A stretch of DNA of 63,571 bases, filler included, from Craspedostauros australis (GCA_030167865.1; 12 parts of 12 records of this genome joined end to end with filler, not necessarily neighbours in it), one strand, 5' to 3'; positions 35,553 through 48,872 are shown, counted from the first letter of the whole stretch. The notes: a model not told the origin generated them from the sequence alone. Made by a program: numbers and translations.

Positions 35553-38000
35553 TTAGGAACGGTCCTTGCTGGCGTCTTCCACCTTGCCCTCCAACCACAC
35601 CATGAACTCTTCCACCGTGCTGAAATCGATGACGTGATGCTCCAATTCGGCTGGTGTCAGTCGGAGGCACTTCTCCGTCGTGATTGTCGTCTTCGCCTTG
35701 TTCATACTCTTGGGGTTATCGTCGTGGCGGCTGCTGTTGCCATCCTCTCCATCCACCTCGTCCGCAGCATCGATGGCATCGACAGCGCGAAATTCAGCAT
35801 CAAAGCACTGCTCAATGCGAACGCGTTGCTCGCGTGTCAGCTGGATCTGATTATAGTGTTCGACCATGGCGATCGCATCCGATGCGATCATGTACCCCAG
35901 CTCCACCTGTCGATCTATACGTCCAGGTCGGATCAAGGCCGGATCCAGAACGCACTTGCGGTTGGTCGTCATGATGATGATTCGACCGGGCATGTCGATG
36001 NNNNNNNNNNNNNNNNNNNNNNNNNNNNNNNNNNNNNNNNNNNNNNNNNNCAATTCGGCTGGTGTCAGTCGGAGGCACTTCTCCGTCGTGATTGTCGTCT
36101 TCGCCTTGTTCATACTCTTGGGGTTATCGTCGTGGCGGCTGCTGTTGCCATCCTCTCCATCCACCTCGTCCGCAGCATCGATGGCATCGACAGCGCGAAA
36201 TTCAGCATCAAAGCACTGCTCAATGCGAACGCGTTGCTCGCGTGTCAGCTGGATCTGATTATAGTGTTCGACCATGGCGATCGCATCCGATGCGATCATG
36301 TACCCCAGCTCCACCTGTCGATCNATACGTCCAGGTCGGATCAAGGCCGGATCCAGAACGCACTTGCGGTTGGTCGTCATGATGATGATTCGACCGGGCA
36401 TGTCGATGATGCCGTCCAGGACGTTCAGCAATCCCGAAAGGTTCAGGGTATCGCTGCCATCGTTCTCCTCGCCGCTTGTACCTCGACTGTTCATGTTGGT
36501 CTGGTGGACAGGACCGGCAGGGCGATGTCCTGGTTGTTCCCAGGGTCTCACTTGTTCGAAGGATCCGCTGTCGCTGCCGGTGGTCGTGTCTGTGCCCGTG
36601 GTTGCGCTTGCCGTGCTCGAAGCCGCGTCTGGTGGTGTCATCAAATCACGTGCCATCACAACGTCGGACGAAGCATCGATGTCTTCGNNNNNNNNNNNNN
36701 NNNNNNNNNNNNNNNNNNNNNNNNNNNNNNNNNNNNNCAATTCGGCTGGTGTCAGTCGGAGGCACTTCTCCGTCGTGATTGTCGTCTTCGCCTTGTTCAT
36801 ACTCTTGGGGTTATCGTCGTGGCGGCTGCTGTTGCCATCCTCTCCATCCACCTCGTCCGCAGCATCGATGGCATCGACAGCGCGAAATTCAGCATCAAAG
36901 CACTGCTCAATGCGAACGCGTTGCTCGCGTGTCAGCTGGATCTGATTATAGTGTTCGACCATGGCGATCGCATCCGATGCGATCATGTACCCCAGCTCCA
37001 CCTGTCGATCNATACGTCCAGGTCGGATCAAGGCCGGATCCAGAACGCACTTGCGGTTGGTCGTCATGATGATGATTCGACCGGGCATGTCGATGATNCC
37101 GTCCAGGACGTTCAGCAATCCCGANAGGTTCAGGGTATCGCTGCCATCGTTCTCCTCGCCGCGTGTACCTCGACTGTTCATGTTGGTCTGGTGGACAGGA
37201 CCGGCAGGGCGATGTCCTGGCTGTTCCCAGGGTCTCACTTGTTCGAAGGATCCGCTGTCGCTGCCGGTGGTCGTGTCTGTGCCCGTGGTCGCGCTTGCCG
37301 TGCTCGAAGCCGCGTCTGGTGGTGTCATCAAATCACGTGCCATCACAACGTCGGACGAAGCATCGATGTCTTCGAACACGTACACGACATCCTTGTAGCT
37401 CAGATTCAGTGCGCGGTCCCCGTTCGAGCCTCCGTACTTCTTCGTGAGGAAGAGCGTCATCAGCTCTTGGTTAGTCTTGACTCTTGACAGAGGGATAGTG
37501 ACGATATGGCGATCGGTGTGATGTGCGATGGCCTTGATGAAGCTGGTCTTGCCCGTGCCCGGTGGTCCGGAAAGTAGCAGTCCTAACTTGTACGGGTATC
37601 CTGGAATGGCGTACTTGCCGCTGCGGCTTTGGAATCGGTCGACGAGATTGATGAGAGAGCCGAATTGATGCGAAAAGAGGGAGGTGAAGGTCTTGTCATC
37701 GGAGAGCCGGGCCTTCATGAAGGTGGGGAAACGATGGTGATCCCGTCCATCGAATCCCTTGAGATCGAAGAAGTAACGCCCGCCTTTCTGTGTCTGTTCC
37801 ACTTGCGCTGTGTACCATTCGTGCGCCACCTTGAGGAAGGCATCGCAGGATGTTTGTCCTGTTGACATGAGGTTGACCTCGGTCTTCTGCTGAATGCCAG
37901 TCCCGACGCCACCTCCAGATTTTCCCGAACGTTGGCCAAAGCCAAACCCGCCCGATTTGCCACCCGTGTTCCCGGAGAACATGATGTACACGCGCTCCCC
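35553..38000 (-). CDS. BCS1-like AAA ATPase, 5'-partial; C-terminal part assembled three times
   Basis: [14 protein letters not shown] (Walker A), VYVFEDID (Walker B), [26 protein letters not shown]. Confidence 0.92.
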   Translation of the reverse strand, partial: GERVYIMFSGNTGGKSGGFGFGQRSGKSGGGVGTGIQQKTEVNLMSTGQTSCDAFLKVAHEWYTAQVEQTQKGGRYFFDLKGFDGRDHHRFPTFMKARLSDDKTFTSLFSHQFGSLINLVDRFQSRSGKYAIPGYPYKLGLLLSGPPGTGKTSFIKAIAHHTDRHIVTIPLSRVKTNQELMTLFLTKKYGGSNGDRALNLSYKDVVYVFEDIDASSDVVMARDLMTPPDAASSTASATTGTDTTTGSDSGSFEQVRPWEQPGHRPAGPVHQTNMNSRGTRGEENDGSDTLNXSGLLNVLDXIIDMPGRIIIMTTNRKCVLDPALIRPGRXDRQVELGYMIASDAIAMVEHYNQIQLTREQRVRIEQCFDAEFRAVDAIDAADEVDGEDGNSSRHDDNPKSMNKAKTTITTEKCLRLTPAELXXXXXXXXXXXXXXXXXEDIDASSDVVMARDLMTPPDAASSTASATTGTDTTTGSDSGSFEQVRPWEQPGHRPAGPVHQTNMNSRGTSGEENDGSDTLNLSGLLNVLDGIIDMPGRIIIMTTNRKCVLDPALIRPGRXDRQVELGYMIASDAIAMVEHYNQIQLTREQRVRIEQCFDAEFRAVDAIDAADEVDGEDGNSSRHDDNPKSMNKAKTTITTEKCLRLTPAELXXXXXXXXXXXXXXXXXIDMPGRIIIMTTNRKCVLDPALIRPGRIDRQVELGYMIASDAIAMVEHYNQIQLTREQRVRIEQCFDAEFRAVDAIDAADEVDGEDGNSSRHDDNPKSMNKAKTTITTEKCLRLTPAELEHHVIDFSTVEEFMVWLEGKVEDASKDRS

Positions 38001-38100
38001 NNNNNNNNNNNNNNNNNNNNNNNNNNNNNNNNNNNNNNNNNNNNTTAATTAATTAANNNNNNNNNNNNNNNNNNNNNNNNNNNNNNNNNNNNNNNNNNNN

Positions 38101-41100
38101 AAAGGCAGGGCACAAGATCATCCAATGCTTCAAGCTGAAGGCAGCAATGAAGGAAGCTGAGAGCGCCAACATGGCGATGGATGGCGACGATGCGATGGAC
38201 GATATGGCATTGGTCATCGCAGATGGTGGTTTCGTTGAGATTGACGATCTTGATGAGATCGAACTCGAGGATGGACTCGAAGAGGATCTCTTCGAAATCA
38301 TGGAGTCGTTCCCTTCGAACGAGAGAGCGGAATCGCCGATCACCGAAGGCATCCGCGACCTCATGAACGACGATCTGCTCGAATCAGACGAGAGCATTGG
38401 GGACACCGAAATCGCGATGCCAGGGGTCGACGTCAACAACGCGCCACCTGCGCAAGGTGAGGAAGCAGTGGCCACTTGGATGAGTAACGCCATCGACTAC
38501 TTCCTGCGCGACGAAATCGACCGCGTGTGTGAACGCAGCAGAACGGATGCATGGTGTCCAATCTGCCTCGCGCGTGGAGCGATGTATTCGTGGTGCACAG
38601 AATGCACCGAATTCGACGTGTTCAAGATTCGAGCACGTTGGGCGTTCAGAGACATCCCAACAACCACCGAACCTGAAAGGATTCGCTGTCGAGCAATCCT
38701 GAGCAGGTTCAACTGCGTGGAAGACGCGATCAGAGTCTCCCTATCCAACGTATTGGCAGCCAACGACGTGCGTATCAACGACGCACTCCTCTGCTTCGAT
38801 GTGAGGAAGAAGTCCATCGAAGATGGAGTCAACTGCATGGGAGCTCGGGAGCTCTACTACATGCTGACTCAGATCGGCTTCAATGGAGCATTCGATGTAT
38901 CATGCAAGATTGTGATCATCAATGAATTGCTTGAGGAAAGACAGCTACCACTGCTACCCCAACACCTAATCATGAGGATGAGCAGAATGGCAGCATCACG
39001 ACTAATGTGGATGCACAACTGGGAGGACACCGAAGTACGCGACGGGCTGGAATGTCCAGAACTCCCAAAGGTCAGACCAATGGAGGGGAGTCCGCAATAC
39101 AAATTCGAACTCATGGAACACTTCGACCGAGCAAGATTCGGACACGAAATGGCCATGGTGATCGAGGATCACGAATCGAATGAGAGCAACCGCGAGCTGG
39201 TTGCACCAGACCAACATGAAGCAAACACATGGTTGGGGGATACCGGCGCATCGTGTCACTTGACGAACAATGATGAGGGCATGACTAATGTGCGCCTCTC
39301 GAATTTCTCTGTGAAGGTGAGAAGCGGAAAATTCCTCCGCGCCACCAAGGTCGGTGATCTACGCATGCGAGTGATGCAGAAGGACGGCAAGAGCGCCATC
39401 ATCATCCTGAAGGGAGTGCGTTACATGCCTAAGCTCTGGGTCAACCTGTTGAGCATCGGCAAGGCGCTCCATAATGGATTTAACATCAGTAACAATGGCG
39501 TGATCATCGCACTGGATAAGAACGGGCAGCACATCCGATTCGATCGGATCATGGCAACTCACAGCGGATTCGTGCTCGGTGTGAACATGGTACCTGCCCC
39601 CAAGAGTGAAGAGATGGCAAATGTCGGGCTTGATACAAAGAAGCCCATGGATGTGAATAAGCTCCATAAAATGCGAGGCTACGTTGACTCTTACACGATC
39701 TCCAGGACGGCGAGACAATATGGATGGAATGTCACTGGGACTCTCAATCCATGCGAGGACTGCGCGATCGGAAAGGCGAAGCAAAAACGCCTGACCAAAA
39801 CTCTCCAACTACGAGCGAAGAAGGTCGGAGAACGACTCTTCATGGATACTTCAAGTGTCCAAGCTACGAGCTTCGGGCATGGAAAGTACTGGTTGCTGGT
39901 CATCGACGACTACAGCGACTACTGCTGGAGCTACTTCGTTAAGGAAAAGAGCGAGGTCGGTCCCAGACTGCTATCATTGTTGAAGTGGCTATCAGGCAAT
40001 CAACAAGTGACAGTGAAGAATGTCAGATGTGACAACGCCGGAGAGAACTATAGCGCCGAGGCACTACTACTGAGGGCAGGCTTCGCCCCAAACTTCGAAT
40101 ACACCGCCGCATCAACTCCTCAACAGAACGGAAGAGTGGAACGGAAATTCGCGGTTCTCTATGGTAAGGTCAGGTCAATGCTGAACCAGGCGCACCTACC
40201 AAGGCAACTGCGCGGCAAACTATGGGCAGAGGCAGCAAGGAACGCAACGCAGATCAAGAACATCATCGAGACTAAGTCGAGAGACCCTGCATGCCTGCTA
40301 CTCAATGGACAGACCCCAACCTACGCGAAAGGATTGCGTATCTTCGGGGAGATCGGAATGGTCTACATCGGCAGTCGCGCAATCAAAGCGAAACTGGATG
40401 ACAGATCCAAGCCAGCCATGTTCGTCGGGTACGGACAGTCTCATGCGAATGGTGTATACCGCATGATGAATCTGGCAACCACGAGAATCCTAATGACCAG
40501 AGACGTGACATGGATGAACCAGTCGTATGGGCAATTCAAGGGTATTGAGAATGCCAACAGAACACAATGGGTGGATCTGGGAGACGACGACTTCGATGCC
40601 GGAGCAGCACTCCGCAATACGAAGGTTACTTGGGAGCGTGACGCGAGTATCGCAAGAGAAGCGAAGGCCGTATCAGCTGATCGAAGCAGAGAGTCCGGAA
40701 CAGACTACGAAGATACCACAGGCTATGCATCGAAGCAAGATGAACTGCTACCTGCCCAAGGGGACGAACCATCGGACGATGAAGACGACGATGAATCCGG
40801 AAGGGACGACACACGAGTGACTCGAAGACAAGCCGCCGAAGGCAGAGAAATCGAGGAACCCCCAGCGAGACCTGTGGCAAAGATGTCAAGGATGCTACGG
40901 GGTTTGGTCCCGTACAACAATCCACCAGGATATGAATCCGACTCAGAATCAAGCAGTGGAGACGATGAACCAGCTGAGACAGCTGAGATGATCCCTGCAA
41001 CTACGGGCGAACGAGACTTCCATTCGAACATATCCATGTTCAATCGAGACGTGGCGAGTCTAATGATCGACACCACGGAAGGGAGAATGAGGCTGGATGA

Positions 41101-44042
41101 ATTCATCGCAGCAAGCCAACGAGTCGAGAGAGGGGATTGGAACGAGACGTCCGAGCATGCATACACGGCAATGATGCTGGACCCAACCACCTTCGAGGAA
41201 TGCTGGGATCATGCAGATCCAGCGAAGCGAAGGAAGTGGCGGGAGGCCATCAACAAGGAGTTCNNNNNNNNNNNNNNNNNNNNNNNNNNNNNNNNNNNNN
41301 NNNNNNNNNNNNNNNNNNNNNNNNNNNNNNNNNNNNNNNNNNNNNNNNNNNNNNNNNNNNNNNNNNNNNNNNNNNNNNNNNNNNNTGGTTGCCTGTGGAT
41401 ACTCACAGATTGCTGGAGTGGATTTTTCCGCTCATCATGCGCCAGTGATCCACGATGCAACGTACCGAGCGATGCTGACCATGAAGATGTTGTTGAAGAC
41501 AGACAGCATCATCATCGACTTCGAAACCGCCTTCCTGCACGGAGACCTCGAGGAAGAGATCTACATGCAATGCCCCAAGGGAATGGAGCATGAGCCGGAC
41601 GAATGCCTGCTACTGAAGAAGACCATCTACGGGTTGGTTCAGAGCGCAAGGCAGTGGAATAAGAAGCTTGTGGACATCCTGATCAAGCTTGGCTTCCGGC
41701 AGAGCAAGGTGGACCCGTGCCTGCTAATTCGGAATCGGGAAGGGAACCTCGTCCTCATCGAGACGTACGTCGATGATTGCCTGTGCATCGGAAGCACCCT
41801 CGAACTGAAGCGACTGGTGAAGGACATCAAGCGCGAACGATTCGGAATCAAGGTCGAGGATGGACTCGAAGACTACTTGAGTTGCCGGATCGAATTCAAC
41901 AAGAGTGAAACCAACTGATGGGTGAACCAGCCACACATCATCAAGAACATCACGGATACATTCAAGAGCGACGTGACGAAGCTTCAACGATATGGAACCC
42001 CAGGCACACCAGGTCAAGGGATCCAGAGGAACAGTGAAGCACCCAAAGTCGGCAAGGATTGACACAGCAGATACCGCAGTGGAGTGGGTATGCTACTATA
42101 TCTGGTGAAGCATTCGAGACCAGACATCGCGAATGCAGTCCGAGAACTCACAAAGGTGTTGGATGGACCAACGACCACAGCATACAAGGAGATGCTGAGA
42201 GTGATGAAGTTCGTATCGGACACGAGAGAGTACGGATTGAGGATGGAGCCCAAGCCGTTGAACAACAACGCATGGAAGATCGTGGTGTACACCGACAGCG
42301 AGTTCGCTGGAGACAAGGACAACCGCATCAGCGTTGGAGGACATCTGGTCCTACTGCAAGGAGTGCCTATCATCTGGAGATCGAAGGCACAACGCAGCGT
42401 GACATTGAGCTCGACCGAGGCCGAGTATGTTGCACTGTCAGAAGCTGGAAAGGAGATCCGCTTTTTGACTCAACTGATGGAGGACATCGGATTGGAGATG
42501 GAGAAACCTGGGACACGCGGCAAAATGTCTGGCACGATCAAAAAACCTCTTTCCTTAAACCAATTAAATAGCTTCGGTGTCTTTTGATATTATTTAGGTC
42601 ATCACAACGAAATTGATAAACTCATACTGTCATGTGTCATTGTCGGGAATGTCGGGAATGCCGGGCGCTTTGTCGGGAATGTCGGGAGTTTTGTCGGGAA
42701 TGTCGGGTGTGTTGTCGGGAATGTCGGGTGCGTTGTCGGGAATGTCGGGCGTGTTGTGGCGATTGTCGAGAATGTCCGGAGTCTCGGCACCAGACATCCG
42801 CACCTGGATGGGCAGAGCTCACGGGGAACGGACAGACGAAACAATCGAAGAACGAAAACGCGTGGTGGTAACAAAGGAAACAGACACACACGGGACGAAA
42901 CCAACACACTCGCGATCATGTTGTGGATGTGTACTTGACTGGCACAAGTTGAAGCACGACTGGAGATTTTGAACTGCAGCTGCCCCTTTGCGTCCGCATG
43001 CCAAACGTTTCTAGTCATAGGCTACAACGAAACAATAACTTTGTGTTTACAAGTCCCAGGAGCTTAAAAATTTACGAATCTACTCTACACACCATAATAG
43101 GATGACATAAGTGCTTATGTTTAAATATTACAATCACTATATGAGTGCCCTGCATTGCATACATGGACTGTGATGTGATGCGAGGCGACATGGTGTGTCG
43201 TTGTTGTGGCGTCAAGCGAAAAAGCTGCCCGNNNNNNNNNNNNNNNNNNNNNNNNNNNNNNNNNNNNNNNNNNNNNNNNNNTGGACTGTGATGTGATGCG
43301 AGGCGACATGGTGTGTCGTTGTTGTGGCGTCAAGCGAAAAAGCTGCCCGTTGTTTGTCCAAACCGGGAATCCGCACGGCAACAACAAACAACACGCTCAT
43401 CCCATTTGGGTGGCATTTTGTGTGTGTTCGGGTTGAAACTTCATGGATCGCAACAGCACTCACGCTCCGCCAACGTCATCCAAACAGATTGTCAACTTTG
43501 GTCGAGTATGTCGACTGTTGTGTGAGGAATGTCNNNNNNNNNNNNNNNNNNNNNNNNNNNNNNNGCTTTGTCGGGAATGTCGGGTGTCTTGTCGGGAATG
43601 TCGGGTGCTTTGTCGGGAATGTCGGGAGCTTTGTCGGGAATGTCGGGAGTTTATCTGCTACGACTCAAGGTTCTCTCAAGGGAGTAATTGACGCAATACG
43701 CGGCAATGATGTATGACCAATTCATAATATCATGACATTATTTTGCTTAACACGTTTCCGGTTGTAGCAAATCCTGACTTTCTGCCGAGTGTCCCTGCAG
43801 ATGTGATGGTCGACAACGTGGGGGCGATCTTCATCGCCACCAATCCATCGACATCAGCGAGAACGAGACACATCGATATACGCANCCACTTCATCAGAGA
43901 GCTGATTGCTAACAAGGAGGCGAGAGCTCGATTCGTGAAGTCNGAAGATAACATCTCCGACGGNTTCACGAAGAACACTAAGAAGGAGATCTACGATCGG
44001 CACAAGGGGAGCATCATTCAGCCCAGATCAGCATTGGACTGA
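38101..44042 (+). mobile_element. Ty1/Copia gag-pol (end of Zn knuckle, PR, IN, RT, RNase H), inactivated
   Basis: GHKIIQC knuckle, WLGDTGAS protease, DDE integrase, IYGLVQS/YVDD RT, TDSEFA..SSTEAEY..RHIDIR RNase H; order PR-IN-RT-RH; in-frame TGA at ~41916 and ~42060; split by insertion 42511-43794. Confidence 0.96.
42511..43794. mobile_element. Non-autonomous PIF/Harbinger-like TIR element nested in Copia RNase H
   Basis: 22-bp TIRs (GGACACGCGGCAAAATGTCTGG vs GGACACTCGGCAGAAAGTCAGG, 18/22), CTG duplicated at 42508-42510 and 43795-43797; removal restores EKP|ADVMVDN in frame; 21-bp TGTCGGGAATGTCGGG subterminal arrays. Confidence 0.9.
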
Positions 44043-44052
44043 ACATGGTGGA

Positions 44053-44440
44053 TGATATCCATAATGATTTTGGCCTGGTACTGGCCTACGTGGCTTGCGT
44101 CCGGACGCAAATTGGAGGTGCAGTTTGCGTCCCCACGCAAATTGGGCCAATTTGCGTCCAGACGCAAGCGGCGACTCAACGGACTAGCCCAAATACGCTT
44201 TACGAGAAGCCGTTTTTTTTCAAACCCTTTTTCGCTGGCCATCTCGACTCACGACATGACTCATGTCTTATGACAATTCTCACCGAATTCCTTACTTCTT
44301 ACTCCTCTACTAATCCTATTAGTCAAATACTGGTCGGGGGCTGTCTTCGGACAGCACTCACAAATAAACAACAAGAGCTCCGACCAGGGCACGAAACAAC
44401 GGGCCAATACGTCTTTCGTAGTTACTTGCACTGTTTGACA
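44053..44440 (+). mobile_element. Probable 5' LTR of a second Copia lineage (left edge tentative)
   Basis: Ends ...TTTGACA immediately before a tRNA-like PBS and 76 bp before a gag ATG; contains AATAAA and an inverted repeat at 44093-44169. Confidence 0.6.
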
Positions 44441-44455
44441 GATTAAGAGTCGTGC
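44441..44455 (+). promoter_or_regulatory. Primer-binding site complementary to the tRNA-Lys(CUU) anticodon arm
   Basis: GATTAAGAGTCGTGC; reverse complement contains GACTCTTAATC, the conserved tRNA-Lys(CUU) anticodon stem-loop. Confidence 0.7.
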
Positions 44456-44516
44456 TTACCAACACTGAGCAACACCCAACACCACACCACCTTTTACCAT
44501 CTTACGAGTTATCACC

Positions 44517-45591
44517 ATGGACCGTCCAACCAACGTCAACACCTTCAACAAGATCATCCAAGAGCTGGTTCAGCTCGATGACGACGAGATGGCGTTCATC
44601 GGCGAGAAACTCGGGAGAATCGATCGTGTCATCCGTAACTCGGACGTCACCATCGTGGCGGCTTTGGCGCTCTCGCCAACGCTGTCATCGATCAACATCA
44701 CAAACATCCTCCGCATCTTCGCGTACGCGCGAGCCAACACCATCACCGCACGCACCGATTGGGCAGCAATCGACTTGTTCAACGAAGCGAACAGCTACGA
44801 GCCACCGGCAGTCAGCACGCCAGTCGCAAATGCAGCTGCTCAAGTGCGATCGGAGATGGCGATCAGGGAGGCAGCCACAGCAGCGGAAGCCACGGGAACC
44901 GCGGGTCGCGAAATCACCGTCAGCTCACCGAGCCGCGCGAGACGCACCCCGCGATCACCACGAACCCCACGGACTCCATCAGGATGGAAGTTCGACAAGA
45001 TCAGCATGCCAGAGGCACCCGAGTTCACCGGGAACAACAGCGACTGGTATGACTGGAAGATCGCATTCAAGCGGCAACTGGTCACATCCAGATACGCCGC
45101 GTACCTCGATGTCGACAAGCCATCACACTACGCAGAGGACATCGACGCGCAGCTCTACACTGTCCTGCACACCAAGACAGAGAAGGGATGCGCGGCATTC
45201 ATCGTGGAGGCGCATGACCCGAGCGGCCATGACGCATACCAGGCGCTCGTACGCAACTATGAGTCCGTCGACCACAAAGCTGAGGCCATCGCAGAAGAAG
45301 AACAGAAGATTGCCGAGCTCCGTTACGACGGATCAGAGCCCTTCCCAGTCTTCGTCAATGACTTCTCCAAATGCATCCGTGTCATGGAGCAGAACGGAAA
45401 GCAGATGACCGACCAGCAGAAGATCGCGAAGTTCTTTCGCAACATTACCGACGATCGCTTCACAAGCGAGATGTCCAGATTCCGTAACACGGAACAATCC
45501 TTCAACACAATCCGCGAGGCATTCATGCAACATGATGCGCTACTCACGAAGTCGGAAGGACACTACTCTCCCAAGCGCAACCGTCGCTACC
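44517..45591 (+). CDS. Copia-type Gag (capsid region), 3'-partial
   Basis: PEFTGNNSDWYDWKIAF, AQLYTVL, SGHDAYQALVRNYE, LRYDGSEPFPVFVNDF, QKIAKFFRNI; follows LTR end and PBS. Confidence 0.8.
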
Positions 45592-45691
45592 NNNNNNNNN
45601 NNNNNNNNNNNNNNNNNNNNNNNNNNNNNNNNNNNTTAATTAATTAANNNNNNNNNNNNNNNNNNNNNNNNNNNNNNNNNNNNNNNNNNNN

Positions 45692-48600
45692 ATGGGTCAA
45701 CACGGTACAAAGCGAGGCTGGTGGTGAAGGGATACGAACAGATCCCTGGAGTGGACTTCACAGAGTCATTCTCCCTGGTCGCAAGTGATACCACAATTCG
45801 AACAATGCTGGCGGTGTGCCTGGCCAACACTGGATGGGTGATCAAAGCCCTGGATGTGGAGGCAGCATTCCTGAACGCAGAGATTGAAGAAGAGGTGTAC
45901 ATCGAGATCCCAGAAGGATTCGTGGACGGAGACTTTGACGGAAGGGCAGATCCAGAATATCGTCACAAGCATGTTGCAAAACTGCTGAAGGCGGTGTATG
46001 GAACGGTTCAAGCACCCAGAGCATGGATGAAGACTTTCACAGCAGCACTGGTGGACATTGGATTCACCAAGAGTCTGGCAGATCCATGCTTGTTCGTGTA
46101 CAAGTCGAGCGGGCAAGTCACAGCACTGGTGATCGTGTATGTCGACGATGCTGCTATCGGAGGAGACCCAGTCACAGTCGAATGGATCAAGGAAGAGATC
46201 GCACGCAAGTTCNNNNNNNNNNNNNNNNNNNNNNNNNNNNNNNNNNNNNNNNNNNNNNNNNNAAGCCCTGGATGTGGAGGCAGCATTCCTGAACGCAGAG
46301 ATTGAAGAAGAGGTGTACATCGAGATCCCAGAAGGATTCGTGGACGGAGACTTTGACGGAAGGGCAGATCCAGAATATCGTCACAAGCATGTTGCAAAAC
46401 TGCTGAAGGCGGTGTATGGAACGGTTCAAGCACCCAGAGCATGGATGAAGACTTTCACAGCAGCACTGGTGGACATTGGATTCACCAAGAGTCTGGCAGA
46501 TCCATGCTTGTTCGTGTACAAGTCGAGCGGGCAAGTCACNNNNNNNNNNNNNNNNNNNNNNNNNNNNNNNNNNNNNNNNNNNNNNNNNNNNNNNNNNNNN
46601 NNNNNNNNNNNNNNNNNNNNNNNNNNNNNNNNNNNNNNNNNNCTTGGAGAGCTCACCAAACATCTGGGAGTATGGTACAAGAGGATGACTGATGCAGATG
46701 GCAAGTGCCTGGTGGTCAGCATGGACGACTTTGTGGAGCAGATGATCAAGGAATTCGAACAGCACTACGGATCGAACATCAGACCCTTTGAGACCCCAGG
46801 ATACCCATCAACTACCCTGGTGAAGGCAGCCGAAGATGATGAAGTGGACAATCGCGCTGGATACCGATCCATTGTTGGCAAGCTCCTCTGGATGATGAAG
46901 AAAGTGGGACCAGAGTGTGCCAACGCTGTCAGAGAACTTGCATCACATCTGGAGCATCCAACCAAGGAACACTGGAAGGCGATGGCGAGACTGATCGGAT
47001 ACATCAAGGCTGAGATTGCGAAGGAGGACAGCTATGCCATCAAGCTCAGGAAGCCGCGCAGGCTGGAGATTGAAGCATGGTGCGATTCGGATTACGCAAC
47101 GAACAAGGATCATCGTCGCAGCGTCTCAGGCAACATCGTGACGGTCGGAGGGTGTCTTGTGAGCTGGCAGTCCAAGACACAGCGATCGGTGACACTCTCG
47201 AGCACAGAGGCGGAGTACGTGTCGATGGCAAACTGCGCAACCGAATGCNNNNNNNNNNNNNNNNNNNNNNNNNNNNNNNNNNNNNNNNNNNNNNNNNNGG
47301 ATACCCATCAACTACCCTGGTGAAGGCGACCGAAGATGATGAAGTGGACAATCGAGCTGGATACCGATCCATCGTTGGCAAGCTTCTCTGGATGATGAAG
47401 AAAGTGGGACCAGAGTGTGCCAACGCTGTCAGAGAACTTGCATCACATCTGGAGCATCCAACCAAGGAACACTGGAAGGCGATGGCGAGACTGATCGGAT
47501 ACATCAAGGCTGAGATTGCGAAGGAGGACAGCTATGCCATCAAGCTCAGGAAGCCGCGCAGGCTGGAGATCGAAGCATGGTGCGATTCGGATTATGCAAC
47601 GAACAAGGATCATCGTCGCAGCGTCTCAGGCAACATCGTGACGGTCGGAGGGTGTCTTGTGAGTTGGCAGTCCAAGACACAGCGATCGGTGACACTCTCG
47701 AGCACAGAGGCGGAGTACGTGTCGATGGCAAACTGCGCAACCGAATGCAAGTTCGCCAAGATGCTGCTGGATGAGATGACNNNNNNNNNNNNNNAGATCA
47801 CTCTACATGGCGACAACACTGGAGCAATCTTCTTGACCAAGAACCAGCAGGTTGGACTACGCACCAAGCACATCGATGTGGCATATCACTTCATCAAGGA
47901 GATGGTACAGGGAGGAGAGATGACCATGAAGTTCACACCATCCGAGATGAACTTCGCGGATCCCATGACCAAGAATGTGAAGGAGAGCATTCATGAGAGN
48001 NNNNNNNNNNNNNNNNNNNNNNNNNNNNNNNNNNNNNNNNNNNNNNNNNGGTCAGCATGGACGACTTCGTGGAGCAGATGATCAAGGAATTCGAACAGCA
48101 CTACGGATCGAACATCAGACTCTTTGAGACCCCGGGATACCCATCAACTACCCTGGTGAAGGCGACCGAAGATGATGAAGTGGACAATCGAGCTGGATAC
48201 CGATCCATCGTTGGCAAGCTTCTCTGGATGATGAAGAAAGTGGGACCAGAGTGTGCCAACGCTGTCAGAGAACTTGCATCACATCTGGAGCATCCAACCA
48301 AGGAACACTGGAAGGCGATGGCGAGACTGATCGGATACATCAAGGCTGAGATTGCGAAGGAGGACAGCTATGCCATCAAGCTCAGGAAGCCGCGCAGGCT
48401 GGAGATCGAAGCATGGTGCGATTCGGATTACGCAACGAACAAGGACCATCGTCGCAGCGTCTCAGGCAACATCGTGACGGTCGGAGGGTGTCTTGTGAGC
48501 TGGCAGTCCAAGACACAGCGATCAGTGACACTCTCGAGCACAGAGGCGGAGTACGTGTCGATGGCAAACTGCGCAACCGAATGCAAGTTCGCCAAGATGC

Positions 48601-48872
48601 TGCTGGATGAGATGACNNNNNNNNNNNNNNAGATCACTCTACATGGCGACAACACTGGAGCAATCTTCTTGACCAAGAACCAGCAGGTTGGACTACGCAC
48701 CAAGCACATCGATGTGGCATATCACTTCATCAAGGAGATGGTACAGGGAGGAGAGATGACCATGAAGTTCACACCATCCGAGATGAACTTCGCGGATCCC
48801 ATGACCAAGAATGTGAAGGAGAGCATTCATGAGAGGCTGGTGCCATCCATCAGACAAGGAGGGTTGAAGTGA
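45692..48872 (+). mobile_element. Ty1/Copia RT-RNase H (third family), blocks assembled 2-3 times
   Basis: YKARLVVKGYEQIPGVDF, LDVEAAFLNA, VYGTVQAPRAW, VYVDD, WCDSDYA, SSTEAEY, TKHIDVAYHF; no stops seen; purine-rich tract at ~48888-48904. Confidence 0.96.

Noticed and set aside
35553..37400. Tandem triple-AAA protein (likewise doubled integrase, RT/RNase H, LRR and piggyBac Cys domains)
   Set aside because: Near-identical overlapping blocks on either side of 50-N gaps: unmerged contigs or haplotypes
35319..37487. 722-aa plus-strand ORF, and similar long antisense ORFs over real genes
   Set aside because: Shadow frames opposite genes with clear motifs
42641..43650. CRISPR-like array
   Set aside because: 21-bp tandem units without unique spacers, inside a TIR element in a eukaryote; no cas genes
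44053..44440. 3' LTR of the upstream Copia at 38101
   Set aside because: No polypurine tract before it, and it is followed by a PBS and gag, so it better fits a second inserted element
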